From Vicinamibacterales bacterium (GTDB lineage Bacteria > Acidobacteriota > Vicinamibacteria > Vicinamibacterales > UBA2999), in contig DATJJE010000028.1 in NCBI GenBank assembly GCA_035492455.1, forward strand, positions 5,982 to 69,981: DNA of 64,000 nt, in the 5' to 3' direction. Under the pieces are notes generated by a model. That model saw nothing but the letters and a program-made list of their open reading frames with translations, did not search any database and was not told the DNA's origin. Of this stretch, positions 38,366-47,155 are shown piece after piece. The position numbers and the translations under genes were made by a program. Numbering within the stretch: position 1 is the first letter of the stretch; each line of letters begins with the position of its first letter.

Positions 38366-40330
38366 TCAGTGCTCTTCCGCGTACTGTTCCTTCAGCCGCG
38401 AAATCACGTTCGGATCCGCGAGCGTCGTCGTATCGCCAAGCGCCTTGCCTTCGGCGATATCGCGCAGCAGACGCCGCATGATCTTCCCTGAACGCGTCTT
38501 CGGCAGGTCGGCCGTGAAGATCACGTCGTCGGGTTTGGCGATGGCGCCGATCTTCTTCGCCACGTGCTCTTTCAGCTCGATCATCAGTGCTTCGTTGGCC
38601 TGCACACCTTCTTTGACGGTGACAAACGCAGCAACGGCCTGGCCTTTGATCTCGTGCGTGCGGCCCACGACGGCTGCTTCCGCCACCTTCGGGTGATCGA
38701 CCAGCGCGCTCTCGACCTCCATCGTGCCGATGCGATGGCCGGCGACGTTCAACACGTCATCGACTCGACCAAGCAGCCAGAAGAACCCGTCCGCGTCGAG
38801 CTTCGCGCCATCACCGGCGAAGTAAATGTCGGACGTCCACTTGCTCCAGTACTGCGTCACATAGCGATCGGGATCACCATAAATGCCGCGCAGCATCGAC
38901 GGCCACGGGCGGGTGAGCGTCAGCAGGCCGCCGCCGATCGGCAGCGTTTCCCCTTTCTCGTTTTTGATCTCCGCTTTCACGCCGGGGAATGCGCGAGTCG
39001 CCGATCCGGGCTTTGTGGTCGTGAGGCCGGGAAGCGGCGTGATCATGATCGCGCCGGTCTCTGTCTGCCACCACGTATCCACAACGGGACACCGCTCGCC
39101 CCCAATGTAGCGGTGGTACCAGACCCACGCCTCGGGATTGATCGGCTCGCCAACCGATCCGAGCAGCCGCAGCGATGACATGTCGCGTTTCTTCGGCCAC
39201 TCGGTTCCCCATCGCATGAACGCGCGGATGGCGGTGGGCGCGGTATAGAAAATCGTCACGCCGTACCGCTCAACGATTTGCCAGAAGCGGTCCTTCTGTG
39301 GCCAGTCGGGCGCGCCCTCATACATCACGACCGTCGCGCCGTTGGCCAGCGGACCGTACACCACGTAGCTGTGGCCGGTGACCCAGCCGATATCCGCGGT
39401 GCACCAGAAGACGTCGTCTTCCTTGAGGTCGAAGACCCATTTCGTCGTGGCATACGTAGCGGTGAGATAACCGCCGGTCGTGTGCATGATGCCCTTCGGC
39501 TTGCCCGTGGTCCCTGATGTGTAGAGGATGTAGAGAAGATCTTCTGCATCCATTTGTTCGGGCTCGCAGTTGTACGGCGCATCCTGCATCAGCCGGTGAT
39601 ACCAGTGGTCGCGCCCCTCCTGGATGTGCACAGGAGCCGCGCCTTCGGCGAGCCGCTTCACGACCACAACGTTCTTGATCGACGGCGTACCTTTGATCGC
39701 CTCGTCGGCCATCTGCTTGAGCGGGACAATCGATCCGCGGCGCCAGCCGCCGTCTGCAGTGATGAGCAGATTGCACTCCGCATCGTTGATGCGATCGCGC
39801 AGCGAGTCGGAGCTGAAGCCGCCGAAGACAACGGAATGCGCGGCGCCGACGCGCGCGCACGCGAGCATCGCGATTGCCAGCTCCGGAACGAGCGGCAGAT
39901 AAATCGCCACGCGATCACCGCGCTTGACGCCGAGCGATTTCAGAACGTTCGCGAACTGGCCGACCTGGCGATAAAGATCCCAGTATGTGAGGGTGCGGCG
40001 CTCGCCGGGTTCGCCTTCCCAGATCAGCGCGGCCTTGTTGCGCCGCGCACCACGGACATGGCGATCAACACAGTTGACGCTCGCGTTGATCTTGCCGCCG
40101 ACAAACCACTTGGCGTGCGGTGCTTTCCATTCCAGCACCTTGTCCCACTTCTTGAACCATTCCAGTTCGGAGGCAAACGACGCCCAGAAACCTTCAGGAT
40201 CTTTTTCGGCGCGCTCGTACACTCCGGGATCGTTGATATTGGCGTTCGCCCGGAACTGGGGCGCCGGCGAAAAACTGCGATCTTCCTGGAGTAGGTCCGC
40301 GATTTCAACAGGTGGTTTGTTGTCAGCCAT
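38366..40330 (-). CDS. acs: Acetyl-CoA synthetase
   Basis: Conserved sequence begins at Met 40330 ([20 protein letters not shown]...). AMP-binding motif [11 protein letters not shown] and a full-length Acs pattern. Confidence 0.95.
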   Translation of the reverse strand: MADNKPPVEIADLLQEDRSFSPAPQFRANANINDPGVYERAEKDPEGFWASFASELEWFKKWDKVLEWKAPHAKWFVGGKINASVNCVDRHVRGARRNKAALIWEGEPGERRTLTYWDLYRQVGQFANVLKSLGVKRGDRVAIYLPLVPELAIAMLACARVGAAHSVVFGGFSSDSLRDRINDAECNLLITADGGWRRGSIVPLKQMADEAIKGTPSIKNVVVVKRLAEGAAPVHIQEGRDHWYHRLMQDAPYNCEPEQMDAEDLLYILYTSGTTGKPKGIMHTTGGYLTATYATTKWVFDLKEDDVFWCTADIGWVTGHSYVVYGPLANGATVVMYEGAPDWPQKDRFWQIVERYGVTIFYTAPTAIRAFMRWGTEWPKKRDMSSLRLLGSVGEPINPEAWVWYHRYIGGERCPVVDTWWQTETGAIMITPLPGLTTTKPGSATRAFPGVKAEIKNEKGETLPIGGGLLTLTRPWPSMLRGIYGDPDRYVTQYWSKWTSDIYFAGDGAKLDADGFFWLLGRVDDVLNVAGHRIGTMEVESALVDHPKVAEAAVVGRTHEIKGQAVAAFVTVKEGVQANEALMIELKEHVAKKIGAIAKPDDVIFTADLPKTRSGKIMRRLLRDIAEGKALGDTTTLADPNVISRLKEQYAEEH

Positions 40331-40340
40331 GACCACAATT

Positions 40341-40808
40341 TTATTGCTGTTGCGGCTGCTCGACCTTTCCGAGCATCGCCACGCCCAGTAAGCCACCGAG
40401 TGCGGCAAAGGGCGTCTGAATGAACAGCTGGAAGAAAAAGCCAATGACGAGGCGGGCGGCCAGCGAGGCCTGACGGCCGAAGCTTTCCATCATGCCGCGC
40501 GCCTCGGGAGGAATGTCAGGCGTGCTTCGCAGCACGAATTCCATCATCCTCTGCTGCAGCGGCGACATGAATACGTCGACGACGGCGGCGGCAAACAACC
40601 AGACGACCGCTCCCGTCAGGCCGGCGAGCAGACCCAACCGTGCGCCATCGAGCAGCCGCAGCGGCTCACGTTGCTCTTGTTGTGCCAGGTAAGCCGTGAT
40701 GATGCCGCCGGTAAGCGTCCAGAGGCAGCAGCAGTTTGCGGCACTGATGATCGGCAGCGCCGACAGCACTCCAAGAAAGAGGCCGCCGAGCAGTACCGAT
40801 TGTCTCAA
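40341..40808 (-). CDS. Hypothetical integral membrane protein
   Basis: 155 aa with four hydrophobic segments. 4-nt overlap with the upstream inositol-3-phosphate synthase gene. Confidence 0.55.
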   Translation of the reverse strand: MRQSVLLGGLFLGVLSALPIISAANCCCLWTLTGGIITAYLAQQEQREPLRLLDGARLGLLAGLTGAVVWLFAAAVVDVFMSPLQQRMMEFVLRSTPDIPPEARGMMESFGRQASLAARLVIGFFFQLFIQTPFAALGGLLGVAMLGKVEQPQQQ

Positions 40809-42118
40809 TCGTAGTACTCGCGCCCGAGGTGGGTAATCAGCTCCTCGCCCTGCATATGCCGCAGAGTGTTCTTCAGCTTCATCAGCTGAATGAACAAATC
40901 ATGCTCGGGATACACCTCACGCGCGTGCATTGGCGCCTTGAAGTAGAACGAAAGCCACTCCTGGATGCCCGACATTCCAGCGCGCTTGGCGAGATCGAGG
41001 AACAGCGCTGAGTCGACGACGATCGGCGCTGCGAGAATGCTGTCACGGCACAGGAAGTTGATCTTCAGCTGCATCGGATAGCCAAGCCATCCGATCAGAT
41101 CGATGTTGTCCCACCCCTCCTTGTTGTCGCCGCGCGGCGGGTAGTAGTTGATGCGCACGACGTGACAGAGGTCTTTGTAGAGATCTGGATAGAGGTGAGG
41201 CTGGAAGATGTAGTCGAGCGCCGACTTCTTGCTTTCTTCCTTGGTCTTGAACGATTCGGGATCGTCGAGCACCTCGCCGTCGCGGTTGCCGAGAATGTTC
41301 GTCGAGTACCAGCCGCGGACACCAAGCAACCGTGCCTTCAAGCCGGGGGCGATGATCGTCTTGATCAGCGTCTGCCCGGTTTTCATGTCGTTGCCCGCCA
41401 CCGGCGCATTGGTCCGGCCCGCGAGCTCGAGCATCGACGGAACGTCGGCCGTCAAGTTGGGCGCGGCGTTGGCGAACGGAATGCCTTCGCGCAGTGCCGC
41501 GTAAGCGTAGATCATGCTCGACGGGATCGCATCGTCGCTCTGCTCGAGACCTTTCTCGAACGTCGCAACGGAGGCGTGCACTGGCGCCTCCTTCATGTAA
41601 ACCTCGGTGCTTCCCGTCCACACCATGACGAGGCGGTCGCAGCCGTGCTTCTCTTTGAACGCGCGGATGTCGGCGATCACCTGTTCGGCAAGGTCGCGCT
41701 TGTTCTTTCCCTTCTTGACGTTCGGGCCGTTCAGACGCTTCACGTACCGCTGATCGAACACCGCCGGCAGCGGACGTATGGCTTCGAGCTCGCCGCGGAC
41801 TTTTTCGAGCTGACCGGTTTCGAGCACGCCAGCCGTACGGGCTGCCGAGTAGCAGTCCTCCTGGAAAATGTCCCAGCCGCCGAAGACGATGTCGTTCAAA
41901 TCGGCGAGCGGGACGAACTCATTGATCTTCGGCGAACGTCCTTCCGTGCGCTTCCCCAGCCGGATGGTGCCCATCTGCGTCAGCGATCCGATCGGCGGAG
42001 CCAATCCTTTTCTGATGGCAAACACTCCCGCGATCGTCGTCGTCGCGACGGCGCCCAGCCCCACGAGCAGAACGCCAAGCTTGCCGCGCGCAGGAGCAAT
42101 TTGAACTGGTGAAGTCAC
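40805..42118 (-). CDS. Inositol-3-phosphate synthase (myo-inositol-1-phosphate synthase)
   Basis: 437 aa with an N-terminal Rossmann segment (LVGLGAVATTTIAG). Size and sequence resemble bacterial/archaeal MIPS, from recollection only. Confidence 0.78.
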   Translation of the reverse strand: MTSPVQIAPARGKLGVLLVGLGAVATTTIAGVFAIRKGLAPPIGSLTQMGTIRLGKRTEGRSPKINEFVPLADLNDIVFGGWDIFQEDCYSAARTAGVLETGQLEKVRGELEAIRPLPAVFDQRYVKRLNGPNVKKGKNKRDLAEQVIADIRAFKEKHGCDRLVMVWTGSTEVYMKEAPVHASVATFEKGLEQSDDAIPSSMIYAYAALREGIPFANAAPNLTADVPSMLELAGRTNAPVAGNDMKTGQTLIKTIIAPGLKARLLGVRGWYSTNILGNRDGEVLDDPESFKTKEESKKSALDYIFQPHLYPDLYKDLCHVVRINYYPPRGDNKEGWDNIDLIGWLGYPMQLKINFLCRDSILAAPIVVDSALFLDLAKRAGMSGIQEWLSFYFKAPMHAREVYPEHDLFIQLMKLKNTLRHMQGEELITHLGREYYD

Positions 42119-42148
42119 AATCGCAGACTATACCATGTTGAAATTCCC

Positions 42149-42670
42149 ATGTTTTTGCGCAAAACCCGCATCGAACCGCTGCCAGTGACGATGAGCGCCG
42201 TACGCATGGGCGAGCGTGTGCTGCAAGTCGGCGTTGACGATCCCGCGGTCGCGAGCGCGATCGCTGCGAAGGCAGGACTCTCCGGCAGCGCAGCCATCGT
42301 CGTCACCGACGAACGCGATGCCGCGCGCGCGGCGCGAGCGACGGCGAACGCGGGAATTCTCGTCGATGTGAAAGTCACGCCGCTTGCCTCGCTACCGTTC
42401 GAGAGTGAGTCGTTCGATCTCGTCGTCGTGCATGCCGCAGGCGGAGGCGCTTCGCTGGAAGCAATGCGTGAATGTCATCGCGTCGTTCGACACGGCGGCC
42501 GAGTGATGACGATTGAGGGCGGGCCGGCAAGCGGTCTGGCAGCGATGTTCAAAACTCCGCGGCCGCCCGAGACCGATGTCATCGGCGCCCTGCAGTCTGC
42601 CGGATTCCGCCCCGCCCGCCTGCTCGCCGAACGTGAGGGCTACCGTTTCGCGGAAGGCATAAAGAGCTAA
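42149..42670 (+). CDS. Class I SAM-dependent methyltransferase (small)
   Basis: 173 aa with motif I-like VLQVGVDD and a post-I acidic residue, and FDLVVVH typical of Methyltransf_11-like proteins. Confidence 0.6.
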   Translation: MFLRKTRIEPLPVTMSAVRMGERVLQVGVDDPAVASAIAAKAGLSGSAAIVVTDERDAARAARATANAGILVDVKVTPLASLPFESESFDLVVVHAAGGGASLEAMRECHRVVRHGGRVMTIEGGPASGLAAMFKTPRPPETDVIGALQSAGFRPARLLAEREGYRFAEGIKS

Positions 42671-42748
42671 CGAGGACAGCTCGACCTTTTCCGGGGACAC
42701 GGCCCGCCGTCAGTTTCCCCCACAATTCCGCCTAATTCCTTCTGTTGA

Positions 42749-43819
42749 ATGAGGCAAGGCTTTTGCCTCGTGCCGTTTACCGCAATGTCGCAAGTGTCCC
42801 TCGGTGAAGTCTTCACGATTGACGAAGTGGCGCGCGCCGCCGGCGTGCCGCAGGAAGCTGTTCGCGCTTTGATCGTGCGCGGCGAATTGAATGTCGTGGC
42901 CGACACACGGTTCATCAACGTCGCGAACCCGATGCGCGCCGCGCGCAGGCTTCGCGAAATCGCGCTCGCGCAGCACAGTATGGCGGCGCAGCCGCTGTTC
43001 GAGCCGGCGCATGCGGCCCGCGACACGCGGAAGCCGGTCTTCTTCTCGTTTGCGGCGCACGGTGCAGTTGCACTGTTGCTCGTGCTGCTTTCGATGGATC
43101 GTACGCAGACCGCACCGCTTGAAGAGCCGGTGCACGAGGAAACGCACCTTGTGTTCCTGATGAGCCCTGGCCCCGGCGGCGGCGGTGGCGGCGGTGGTCT
43201 GCGGCAACGGACGCCAGCACCGAAGATTCTGCGGAAGAGCGAGCAACCGCGCCCTCAACTTTCAGTTCCTCCCGTGAAGGAAGCGGAGCCGGTAGTCGTC
43301 GCGAAGCAGCCTGAACCCGAGCCGGAGCCGGCGAAGGAGATTCTTGCGCCCGTGCAAACGGTCGCTGCCAACGATCAAGATCGCGTCGGCCAGATCGAAC
43401 ATGCAGCGGAAGCTCCCGCGAGCAACGGATCCGGATCCGGCGGCGGTGTAGGTACGGGGCAAGGAACGGGCAATGGCGAAGGCCTCGGATCCGGGATCGG
43501 CGATGGCGAAGGGGGCGGCATCGGTGGCGGACCTTATCGGCCGGGCAGCGGCATCGAGGCTCCGAAACTGCTGCACGAGGTAAAGGCGCAGTACACGGAG
43601 GACGCACGCCGCCGCGGCATCACGGGTGACGTGCTGCTCGAAGTCGTCGTGCGCAGCGACGGCAGCGTCGGCACGACGCGCGTGCTGCAGGGGCTCGGCT
43701 ATGGCCTGGAGCAGCGCGCTATCGATGCGGTGAGGCAATGGCGCTTCGCGCCGGCGATGCGGAAGGGCGCGCCGGTGGATGTCCTGGTCGAAATCGCCGT
43801 CGAATTCACGCTCCGTTAG
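42749..43819 (+). CDS. TonB-family energy transducer with N-terminal HTH_17-like segment
   Basis: C-terminal TonB_C (YTEDARRRGITGDVLLEVVV...AIDAVRQWRFAPA), a Pro/Glu-rich spacer (PEPEPEPAKE), one TM helix, and N-terminal FTIDEVARAAGVPQEAVRALIVRGEL. The start could be Met 42785. Confidence 0.82.
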   Translation: MRQGFCLVPFTAMSQVSLGEVFTIDEVARAAGVPQEAVRALIVRGELNVVADTRFINVANPMRAARRLREIALAQHSMAAQPLFEPAHAARDTRKPVFFSFAAHGAVALLLVLLSMDRTQTAPLEEPVHEETHLVFLMSPGPGGGGGGGGLRQRTPAPKILRKSEQPRPQLSVPPVKEAEPVVVAKQPEPEPEPAKEILAPVQTVAANDQDRVGQIEHAAEAPASNGSGSGGGVGTGQGTGNGEGLGSGIGDGEGGGIGGGPYRPGSGIEAPKLLHEVKAQYTEDARRRGITGDVLLEVVVRSDGSVGTTRVLQGLGYGLEQRAIDAVRQWRFAPAMRKGAPVDVLVEIAVEFTLR

Positions 43820-43828
43820 GACAGGTTT

Positions 43829-44482
43829 ATGGACATGGTTCTGTTGACTATCACTACGTTGTCGCTGGCGGCGGCCGCCGGTTTCGGCTTTCTCTCTTGG
43901 CGCCTCGGACGCGAGGAGGGCGACCGGGAACGAGCGCGAATTGCCGCGCTGGCAAACGCAATGGCTCCTTCGTCACCTGAGACTCCTCTCCTTGGTGGAG
44001 TTGCCGTAGGATCGGTGTTCGAGCGGACGGAAGGGCTTCGCGGCCGGCCGGTCATTAAGATCGCCGCGGGTGTCGCTATGCTGTTGATCGTTGCTGGTGG
44101 CGCGTTCATCAGCTTCCGGGCGTCAGGCGCGGAGGCGTCGAAGACAGCCGCCCCGCTCGAGCTGATGTCGATGCGCTACCAGCGTCAGGGAACGGTGTTG
44201 ACGGTATCCGGGTTGGTAAAGAATCCTTCGTCGGGCGTTGCGGTCAACGACGTCACTGCGGTGGTGTTTGCCTTCAATCGCAACGGCGCATTCGAGTCCA
44301 GCGGCCGCGCGCCGCTCGACTTCAGCGCGCTCGCACCCGGCGAGGAATCGCCGTTTATCGTTACCGTGCCGAACGTTTCCGATGTCGCACGCTATCGCGT
44401 CACGTTCCGCAGCGGCGACACTGTGGTCCGGCACATCGATCGTCGTTCGAATCGCGTTCAACTTGCCCAGGCAGTGAGGTAG
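43829..44482 (+). CDS. Hypothetical membrane protein
   Basis: 217 aa with two predicted TM helices and a beta-rich C-terminal domain. Tightly spaced in the TonB-VWA operon. Confidence 0.55.
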   Translation: MDMVLLTITTLSLAAAAGFGFLSWRLGREEGDRERARIAALANAMAPSSPETPLLGGVAVGSVFERTEGLRGRPVIKIAAGVAMLLIVAGGAFISFRASGAEASKTAAPLELMSMRYQRQGTVLTVSGLVKNPSSGVAVNDVTAVVFAFNRNGAFESSGRAPLDFSALAPGEESPFIVTVPNVSDVARYRVTFRSGDTVVRHIDRRSNRVQLAQAVR

Positions 44483-44484
44483 TC

Positions 44485-45531
44485 ATGCGCTCCATCCGTC
44501 TCCGCCTCGCGATTCTTGCCGCGCTCGTCGCAGCCGCCGTTGGCGTAGTCGGCGCGCAGCCGCAGGACGATAGCTTCAAGTTCAAGAGCGGCGTCGAGCT
44601 GGTGAACGTCACCGCCACCGTGAGCGACGACAACGGCCACTTCGTCACCGGCCTGACGAAGGACGACTTCAACGTGTTTGAGGATGGCCAGGCGCAGGAG
44701 ATCGCGCAGTTCAGCAACGAGCGCGTGCCGGTCAGCCTCGGCATCCTCCTCGACACGAGCGGCAGCATGACGCCGGAGAAGATGTCGTCGGCGAAGAGCG
44801 CCATCGATCGGTTCATCTACGACCTGCTCGGCAAGGATGACGAACTGTTCTTCATGCAGTTTGCGAGCGTGCCGGACCTGCTTCAGGGGTGGACCTTCGA
44901 TCGGCGGCTGATCAGCCGGGCGGTCGGCCAAACGTCCGCCGCGGGAGGAACCGCGTTATATGACGCGATTGCCAACGCTTTGCCGATTGCGGCGGACGGC
45001 CGCAATCAGAAGAAGGCGCTTCTTGTCATCACCGACGGCAACGATACGAACAGCCGGACGTCGGTGAGCCAGGTGCGCAACTTGATTCGCGAAAGCGAGG
45101 TCATGGTCTACGCGCTCGGCGTCGACGGCAACGACGTGCAGACCTACACGCCGCAGCCCCGTCAGCCGAGCGGACCGCGTTTTCCGATTCCGATTCCACG
45201 CGGCGGACGCGGGCGCTGGCCTGGCTTCCCCTACGCACCGCAGATCGGGTTTCCCCCGATCGGCGGCACCTGGGGTCGTTCGGGCAACGAGCATGTGAAT
45301 GAGAACGCGCTGCGCGCGGTCACCGACGACACCGGCGGCCGTACCGAAATCGTGCGCGGCTTCGGCGATCTGGGCAACGCCACGCAGCGGCTCGCCGACG
45401 AATTGAGCCAGCAGTACTACATCGGCTACAACAACGGCGGAAAGAAGGACGGGAAGTGGCACACCATCAAAGTTGATGTGCGCAACCACCATTACACCGT
45501 CCGTGCTCGGAAGGGCTATGTAGCGTCGTAA
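44485..45531 (+). CDS. VWA domain-containing protein (acidobacterial VWFA-related, TIGR03436-like)
   Basis: 348 aa with a signal peptide and the characteristic start FKFKSGVELVNVTATVSDDNGHFVTGLTKDDFNVFEDGQAQEI. MIDAS-like DTSGSM. Confidence 0.82.
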   Translation: MRSIRLRLAILAALVAAAVGVVGAQPQDDSFKFKSGVELVNVTATVSDDNGHFVTGLTKDDFNVFEDGQAQEIAQFSNERVPVSLGILLDTSGSMTPEKMSSAKSAIDRFIYDLLGKDDELFFMQFASVPDLLQGWTFDRRLISRAVGQTSAAGGTALYDAIANALPIAADGRNQKKALLVITDGNDTNSRTSVSQVRNLIRESEVMVYALGVDGNDVQTYTPQPRQPSGPRFPIPIPRGGRGRWPGFPYAPQIGFPPIGGTWGRSGNEHVNENALRAVTDDTGGRTEIVRGFGDLGNATQRLADELSQQYYIGYNNGGKKDGKWHTIKVDVRNHHYTVRARKGYVAS

Positions 45532-45543
45532 AATCCGGAGCGC

Positions 45544-46278
45544 GTGCCGACGTTCTGGATTGCGCTCGGGCTCAGCCTGCTTGGCGGCTTGGGCGGACTG
45601 CTCATCGCCTCAGGCGTCCTCCTCATTCACGATCCGCTGCGCGCGAAGCTGATTCCCTGGCTGGTCAGCTACGCCGTCGGCGCTCTGCTCGGGATATCGA
45701 TGATGGGACTCCTGCCGGAGTCCCTCACCACCTTGCCCGCCGGCCGCGTGTTCGCGACGCTGCTTGGCGGCATCATGCTGTTCTTCATCCTCGAGAAGCT
45801 CGTGCTCTGGCGTCATTGCCACACGCACGATTGCGAGGTGCACGAAAGCAGCGTCGCCTCCGTGATGATCGGCGACACGTTTCACAACTTCGTCGACGGG
45901 GCGGTGATCGGGGCGGCCGTGCTGACCTCCGTCCCGCTGGGTATCAGCACGGCCATCGCGGTGGCCGCGCACGAAATCCCGCAGGAGATCGGCGACTTCG
46001 CCATCCTGTTGCACGCGGGGTATTCGCGCGGGAAGGCTCTGATGCTCAACGTGCTCTCGGCGCTCGCCAGCGTCGCCGGCGCTATTGCCGCATTTCTGGC
46101 CTTCGACGTCGTCCCGCGGACGCTGCCTTACTTCCTGGTGATCGCGGCGTCCAGCTTTCTCTATGTCGCGATGGCGGATCTCATCCCGGGCCTGCACCGC
46201 GGACGGACCGACGCGAGCTCTCTTCGTCAGATTGTCCTGATCGCGTTGGGCATCTTCACGATGGTGTGGTTTTCATGA
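45544..46278 (+). CDS. ZIP family metal (zinc) transporter
   Basis: 244 aa polytopic protein with HEIPQEIGDFAILL, typical of ZupT/ZIP. Confidence 0.85.
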   Translation: MPTFWIALGLSLLGGLGGLLIASGVLLIHDPLRAKLIPWLVSYAVGALLGISMMGLLPESLTTLPAGRVFATLLGGIMLFFILEKLVLWRHCHTHDCEVHESSVASVMIGDTFHNFVDGAVIGAAVLTSVPLGISTAIAVAAHEIPQEIGDFAILLHAGYSRGKALMLNVLSALASVAGAIAAFLAFDVVPRTLPYFLVIAASSFLYVAMADLIPGLHRGRTDASSLRQIVLIALGIFTMVWFS

Positions 46279-46281
46279 GGT

Positions 46282-46362
46282 GGTGCGATGGTGCGAACCG
46301 TGCGAGGGTGCGACCGTGCGTCCGAAGGTGCGAAAGTGCGACGGTTCGGACGGCGCTCGCAC
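46282..46362. repeat. Left arm of a long imperfect palindrome built from about 8-nt-spaced GTGCGA repeats
   Basis: Seven GTGCGA/GTGCGT copies at 46283, 46291, 46300, 46308, 46316, 46328 and 46336. 46282-46296 is the perfect reverse complement of 47130-47144. Confidence 0.8.
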
Positions 46363-46435
46363 CGATCACATGGGAGTGTCAGATTTTTTGTGTGTAGGGC
46401 GTTGATGACAATGCGTGTGGGCGCTGTGGGAAACC

Positions 46436-46518
46436 GCGTTCTGTGCGGTTTTTCCAAGTCCCCCTGTGGGCGCGTTCTGTGCGGTTTTCCAAGTCCCCCT
46501 GTGGGCGCGTTCTGTGCG
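46436..46518. repeat. Tandem direct repeat, about 36 nt x 2.3
   Basis: GCGTTCTGTGCGGTTTT(T)CCAAGTCCCCCTGTGGGC occurs at 46436-46471 and 46472-46506, with a partial copy at 46507-18. It starts exactly where transposase homology breaks off. Confidence 0.85.
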
Positions 46519-46520
46519 TC

Positions 46521-47013
46521 CGGAAAGACCGCCGCCAGCGCCTCACTCATGCCTTTCAGGCCGTCGGTCACGGCGATCAGGATGTCCTGGCACCCGCGCG
46601 TCTTGAGGTCCGTGAAGACCTTCATCCAGAATTTCGCGCCCTCGGTCTGCTCGATCCAGATGCCCAAGATGTCGCGTGACCCGGTTGTCTTCTGTGATGC
46701 TCTCCGCGTCAAAATCCGCGATGAGGCAAGGTAGACGGCCTTACTCCGCATCGGTGAGTACCGTCTTGCCGCTCGTCCCATTGCGATGGTTGGTCGTGAG
46801 ATGGGGCTTGGCCTGGCCCGGTGCGTATCCGAAATGGTGCGTCAGCTCGGCGCCCACGGCGCGCTCGATCAACGCCTTCTTGAATCGACGCGTGGCAATT
46901 TCGACGTCGGCAGCGGTCAGCGGACTGTCCGGGACGATCTGATCGAGGATTTCAGCAGGAATCGGCGCCAGGATCTCGGCGCTCGCCTGCTCCGGTTTTG
47001 GGTTGCGGGACAT
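46521..47013 (-). pseudogene. IS256-family transposase remnant (mosaic fragments)
   Basis: Minus strand 47013-46744 gives N-terminal 90 aa (…ALIERAVGAELTHHFGY…NHRNGTSGKTVLT). Minus strand 46676-46521 gives RDILGIWIEQTEGAKFWMKVFTDLKTRGCQDILIAVTDGLKGMSEALAAVFP. Plus strand 46678-46731 encodes DPVVFCDALRVKIRDEAR, the motif that normally precedes these, so that piece is inverted. Most of the DDE domain is missing. Confidence 0.78.
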
Positions 47014-47069
47014 CTCGGCTCCTCATGCTATGCCCACACACAAAATTTCGGACACCCTCGATCACATGG

Positions 47070-47144
47070 CACCATGGCACATCGCACCTTCGCACCTTCG
47101 GATGCACCCTTTCGCACTCGTCGCACCACTCGCACCATCGCACC
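47070..47144. repeat. Right arm of the GTGCGA palindrome (TCGCAC repeats)
   Basis: TCGCAC copies at 47082, 47090, 47112, 47121, 47130 and 47138 (plus ATGCAC at 47102). About 75 percent complementary to the left arm over ~60 nt, including the 14-nt perfect match TCCGAAGGTGCGAA. Confidence 0.8.
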
Positions 47145-47155
47145 TCTGCTAGTAG

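Larger units (their letters stand above)
46374..47058 (-). mobile_element. Decayed, internally deleted IS256-family element (685 bp) with terminal inverted repeats and flanking direct repeat
   Basis: Ends: GAGTGTCAGATTTTTTGTGTGT on the left, and the reverse complement of the right end reads AGGGTGTCCGAAATTTTGTGTGTGGG. The 11-nt direct repeat CGATCACATGG flanks it at 46363-46373 and 47059-47069. Transposase fragments are present (see pseudogene entry). Confidence 0.8.

Noticed and set aside
43165-43200. GGC/GGT triplet run (poly-Gly) in the TonB gene as a possible phase-variation tract
   Set aside because: The repeat is an imperfect, in-frame triplet, so slippage would only change the Gly count and not switch the frame. 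This is low-complexity linker coding.
46436-46518. CRISPR-like direct repeats (36 nt)
   Set aside because: The copies are directly tandem with no spacers, number only 2.3, and sit inside an IS remnant. No cas genes are in the window.
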